Of a DNA stretch of 64,000 bases, positions 61,948 through 64,000 are shown one piece after another (within the stretch, counting starts at the first letter, position 1; each line of letters begins with the position of its first letter). A model generated the notes under the pieces. That model did no database searches, was not told where the DNA came from, and saw nothing but the letters and a program-made list of their open reading frames with translations. Source of the stretch: Paraspadella gotoi (lineage: Eukaryota; Animalia; Chaetognatha); contig CM119268.1 in the NCBI GenBank assembly GCA_051294375.1, positions 13,775,037-13,839,036 of the forward strand, written 5' to 3'. The position numbers were made by a program, and so were the translations under genes.

Positions 61948-63984
61948 CTGGACAGTTTTCCCGCCAACGAAACGTCTATAAAGAATAATTCAGAATTTTT
62001 AGGGAAAAAATCCACGAAAATCTCGGATGTAAATTTGGTTTTGTATTGAGAAAAAAAGCGCGGAATAAATGGCGATAATAAAAGTTTTTAGAAGGAAAAA
62101 AAAAGAGAGAGAGAGAAGAGAAAGAGAGAGAGAGAAGCTGGACAGCCGCTGGACGCCGCCTAGACCGCCGCTGCAGAGCTGAACTTATTTTCCGACGAAT
62201 ATGAGTAGGGACGAACTCTTTTCCTTTCTATAAAAAAAATATTACAAAATAAATATTTGGTATAGAGCCATATAAGAAATTTTTGTACATTGAAAGTAAA
62301 CTTAAAAATGCATAAATTTTTCGTTTGAGCATGTCCCATACTAAATTTTTGATTCACCCCATTGAGGGGGCTACCCCTATTCAGAAGAAAAAAAACTAAA
62401 CTCTTTTCAATAATAATGATCCAAAATTATAATCCCTATTAACAAAATATATAGTTGAAAATACTCAGTTAACGACTATGATATTTTTAACTTCCAAATA
62501 TTTTTTTACTTATCAAAAAAAAATTTTATTTCCTCATTTTAAAAAAATTTAATCTTGAATGAAATTTTTGATTGTTCTTTTTTTAGGAAGAAACCAGACC
62601 GAGGTCAAATTTTATATTGCATATTTAATTAATTTATAAATAGTTATCACAACTCAAATAATTATTATTTTAAAAAAAGATAAAATTATTAAATATATAC
62701 ACTTAAATATTTATAAATTTAATAATAATATAAATTATCAGAATAACAAAAAAAGTAATGTTTAATTTGACTATATCTCTCTTATCAACTCCTATTTTAG
62801 ATATAATTTCGCCAATAGTGGGCCAACCGGTTTAAATTACAATAATAAATAATACAAATTCATTTTTTTTAAATGTAATGCATATTGTTTGGCGAAAGTG
62901 CTGCATATATGATAAGTCTACATTAGCTGATTTATATGTGACAATGCATGTCAATATAAATTATTCTTCACCTTTTTAAAAATGTATCCACAAAAATCTC
63001 GGATGTAAATTTGGGATTTTGTATTGAGAAAAAAGCCCCGAATAATAGATTTCAGAAAGAAAAACATAATTATAATTTTTTAAAAAAAAGAACGATCACG
63101 CAAGAGATCGTAAAGAGAGAAAGAGACAGAAAGAGAAAGAAGAGAGAAAAGAGAGAGAGAAATAGAAACAAAGCTGGACAGCTGCTTGAAGGCCGTTGTA
63201 CAGTCAGTGCAGAAACTGAACTCGTTTTTTCTGAAATAAAAGAATAAAAGAAATAAAAGAAATAAAGAAAGGCAAAAAATGTTACAATGGTTTACAATTT
63301 GAAATTTTTCCAATTTTTTCCAATCGCAGCTTGTAAAAGATTTTATTTTTATTTGTATTAAAATTAAGATATAGCTTCTCATTAAAAATTTATTTTGAGT
63401 TCCCATTTTTATTAGAGATTTAAAAAAAAATTTTAAATTTTATCTTCAATATTATATACTGCAATATGTAAATTAGATTAAAGCATTTCTATATACTAAT
63501 TTGGATATGATAATGAGTACTATTAATCTCATTTGCATATTACAGTAAATCATAATGATTACTTTTGTAAAACTTTATCATAATTCATAATAATTTTATT
63601 TTTAAAAAAAACGGTAAGTCACAGCCAAACCTATAAAAGCGTAGTAGTTTTTATATAGAAAAACAGCGTGACGACGACTACGTCACAAAGAAGCTCACCC
63701 GAATGAATATCAAGCCTGAACCGGCTTCGCCGGTCATGGCTTGATAAAAATTATAAGAGAGACGGAGGCCTTAAACCACCAAAGCCTGTTCAAAGTCAGG
63801 GGCAAGATAGCTTATTTATTAAATGATAATTTTTATATTGGTTGTACCAATTTCATAGACCAGCAAGCAAAAATTTTTTTTTTTTGAAGTTGCTTTTAAT
63901 TATCTCTTACCTTTGAAGTGAAACTTGTGGCTTGACCAAAGCTTGAAAATATTTGCTGGATTTAGAACTGGCGTAGGATGTTCC
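61455..63984 (-). CDS. 3' part of an uncharacterised gene entering from the right edge
   Basis: Exons 63984-63911 and 61746-61629 join in phase 2 (GTSYASSKSSKYFQALVKPQVSLQSLKRLPSHVNPRD...). A possible last exon at 61586-61455 follows a 42-nt intron. Confidence 0.5.
62005..63237. repeat. Diverged direct repeats (~62005-62200 and ~62987-63237), intronic
   Basis: TCCAC.AAAATCTCGGATGTAAATTTGG...TTTTGTATTGAGAAAAAA and AAGCTGGACAGC.GCT...TGCAGA..CTGAACT occur twice, ~980 bp apart. Confidence 0.75.
63708..63746. other. GC-rich stem-loop TATCAAGCC-TGAACCGGC-TTC-GCCGGTCA-T-GGCTTGATA
   Basis: Near-perfect hairpin in an AT-rich intron. Confidence 0.7.
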
Positions 63985-64000
63985 CTGTTAATGGAATATA

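Overview
AT-rich, microsatellite-dense animal (invertebrate-type) nuclear DNA from a draft assembly. It has three N gaps (987-1011, 9814-9913, 21883-21982), and indel noise is visible left of ~22 kb. Spliced genes reconstructed by hand from GT-AG sites and reading phase: a partial peptide-receptor-type class A GPCR with lesions (+, 12.5-16.4 kb); an 88-aa Costars/ABRACL-like protein (+); a 910-aa DH-PH RhoGEF of the Trio-C/p63RhoGEF type (-); two uncharacterised, largely disordered proteins (+); a 1991-aa DysF-containing ferlin with a single intron (-); and a partial gene at the right end (-). The ferlin appears to be nested antisense inside a ~7.7-kb intron of an ~795-aa plus-strand gene (48074-60273). 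Mobile and repeat content includes an inverted pair of Penelope-type terminal repeats, each carrying a minimal type I hammerhead ribozyme, two related fold-back MITEs with 8-bp target-site duplications, a MITE with 26-bp TIRs, a LINE remnant and a 30-bp minisatellite. A 4.3-kb palindrome beside the first gap is probably a fold-back assembly artefact. All family assignments are from motif recognition only; no searches were run.
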